Of a stretch of 64,000 nt of DNA, positions 62,030 through 64,000 are shown piece after piece. The stretch is from positions 123,256,001 through 123,320,000 of the forward strand of contig NC_091980.1 in NCBI RefSeq assembly GCF_044704955.1, given 5' to 3'. The notes below the pieces were generated by a model. The model had not been told where the DNA came from and did not search any database. It worked only from the letters and a program-made list of their open reading frames with translations. The DNA is from Pristiophorus japonicus (Eukaryota). Positions within the stretch are counted from its first letter, which is position 1. Each line of letters starts with the position of its first letter. The translations under genes and the position numbers were made by a program.

Positions 62030-64000
62030 CCCAGCCCCAAGCCTGTGGTCAACATATCGTCGTAGGCAACTAGGCCCATATAGCAGTGCCTGGTCTCCAG
62101 TCTTGGACCCCCTAGCCACTGGACCAAGACCTCGCTCAGCTAAGCCCCTGTGGTTGCCGGTGTGCAACGACCACCGCACGTTAAAAGAACTCACGCACAG
62201 GCACCTTCCACTCTGTTCACATGAAGTTCGGGATCTGGAACGTCAGAACTCTCATGGACAACCCCAACAGCGACAGGCTGGAATGCCACACAGCCATAGT
62301 TGCCCGGGAACTCAGATGCTTTGATATCAACATCGCCGCCCTATGCGAGACCTGGCGGGCAGGGGAAGGCCAGCTCAAGGAACAAGGTGGAGGTTACACC
62401 TTCTTCTGGAAAGGGAAACCAGAGGAAGAATGTTGCCTCCACGGAGTCGGCTTTGCCATCAAAAACGAGCTGGTTGACCGCCTCAAAGGCTCCCTTTGCA
62501 GGGCCAATGAATGCCTCATGACTCTTCGACTCACCCTATCCCGGAACCAGTGAGCCACAGTCATCAGTGCTTACGCTCCAACACTCGATGCAACTGATGA
62601 GGCCAAAGAAGGTTTTTACTCCAACCTCGAAAATTCCCTGTCTGCATCTCCGCGGGCGACAAACTGATCCTCCTCGGTGACTTCAACGCAAGGGTCGGCA
62701 AGGACACAGACCTCTGGGGAGGCGTGATTGGCAGAGAGGGGGTAGGGAAAGCCAACTCCAGTGGTACCTTACTCCTGACAAAATGTCTAGAGCATGAACT
62801 TGTCATCACCAACACCTTGTTCTGCCAGAGGGACAAATACAAGGCATCGTGGCAACACCCTCGCTCCAAACACTGGCACCTGCTTGACTGTGTCATCGTC
62901 CGAGCCAGGGATCGCAAGGATGTGCGTATCACCCGCGCCATGACAGGAGCTGACGACTGCTGGATGGACCATCGCCTAATTCGATCCATCATCAACATCA
63001 AAATAGCCCCAAAGCGGAGGGGGCAGCAGAAGCAGTGCCACAAAAATGTCAATACTGTTGCACTTAAGGACCCAGCTAAGAGAGCCCTATACAGCCAGTG
63101 CCTCACAGCTAACCTGCCGTGCTTTGACAACCCCGAGATGCAGAATGCCCACAGCGCTTGGTCTGCCCTCCAGGCCTCCATAACCTGTGCCTGCAAAGAG
63201 ACGCTCGGTCACTCAACCAGGAAACACTAGGACTGGTTTGATGAGAATGATCAGGAGATCCAAAAGCTAATAGATCGCAAGCGCAGGGCATTTCTGAGCC
63301 TTAAACAACAACCCAATGCGGGAGCAGCAAAGCAGCATTACAGATGGCTCAAGGCTGAGGTCCAACAAAAAACCCAGGACCTAAAGAACAGGTGGTGGAT
63401 GGAGAAAGCACAGGAGATACAGCAGCTGGCTGACAACCATGATGTCGAGGATTCTTCATCGCAGTCAAGGCCACGTACGAGCCAAACACCCTGGCAAGAA
63501 TGGGGAAACACTCATCAAGGGCACTGAGGGAGTCAGGGCCTGCAAGAAGGTGCACTTCGAAGATCTCCTCAATCGAGACTCTGCCTTTGACTCGAGCGTT
63601 CTCGACTCCACGCTGCAGCATGCCACCCGCCATCACTTCAGTGAAACCCCAACACTGCACGAGGTAGAGAAAGCCATAAGACAGCTTAAAAACAACAAGG
63701 CTACAGGTGCAGATGGAATCCCTGCTGAGGCATTGAAGTAAGGCAGAGAGGCACTACTGGCACGAATACACAACCTCATCTCTCTCATCTGGAGGGAGGA
63801 GAGCATGCCGGGGGATCTCAGAGATGCAGTAATCGTGACCATCCTTAAAAAAGGGGACAAGTCTGACTGCGGCAACTACAGAGGAATCTCCCTGCCATCA
63901 GCCACTGGGAAAGTCGTCGCTAGAGTCCTCCTCAACCATCTTCTTCCCGTGGCCGAAGAGCTCCTCCTGGAATCACAGTGTGGATTTCATTCCCTATGGA
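62030..64000 (+). mobile_element. RTE LINE 5' part (APE endonuclease and start of RT), decayed, runs off the window end
   Basis: MKFGIWNVRTL..IAALCET..GYTFFWKG..GVGFAIK; LLGDFNARVG; DHRL; KATGADGIPAE; DCGNYRGISL; stops and frameshifts. 5' boundary uncertain (possibly about 61740). Confidence 0.92.

Overview
Repeat-dense, mostly non-coding vertebrate DNA. The repeat inventory (Deu-domain tRNA-SINEs of the SacSINE1 type, CR1/HER1-type LINEs with (TTCTTATG)n/(TTTCTATG)n tails, RTE, L2, Penelope-like elements, many Harbinger-like MITEs) points to a shark or other cartilaginous fish; this is inference. No complete host gene is visible, only a few weak candidate minus-strand exons (about 2.1-2.3, 7.7 and 16.7 kb). 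The main features are three decayed Ty3/Gypsy (Mag-like) LTR retrotransposons with paired LTRs and 5-bp TSDs (18357-22759 +; 28977-35321 -; 47446-51972 -), a solo LTR, a CR1 with an 853-codon open ORF2 nested in the second Gypsy, Harbinger derivatives with Myb/SANT ORF remnants, a 31-bp G-rich minisatellite and a 167-N assembly gap. Best second-look items: (1) the integrase of Gypsy-2 is deleted and replaced by a 61-bp inverted copy of nearby flanking DNA; (2) a CTCF-like motif sits at the same U3 position in two otherwise dissimilar LTR families; (3) an intact minimal hammerhead ribozyme core lies in a Penelope-like 3' end, with a second copy in a foldback derivative; (4) the Gypsy RTs carry an FQDD motif; (5) a tandem CTCF site with upstream motif lies in apparently unique DNA; (6) several MITEs carry paired splice signals. 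I see no evidence for a wholly new protein-coding system. All family calls are by motif recognition, not database search.
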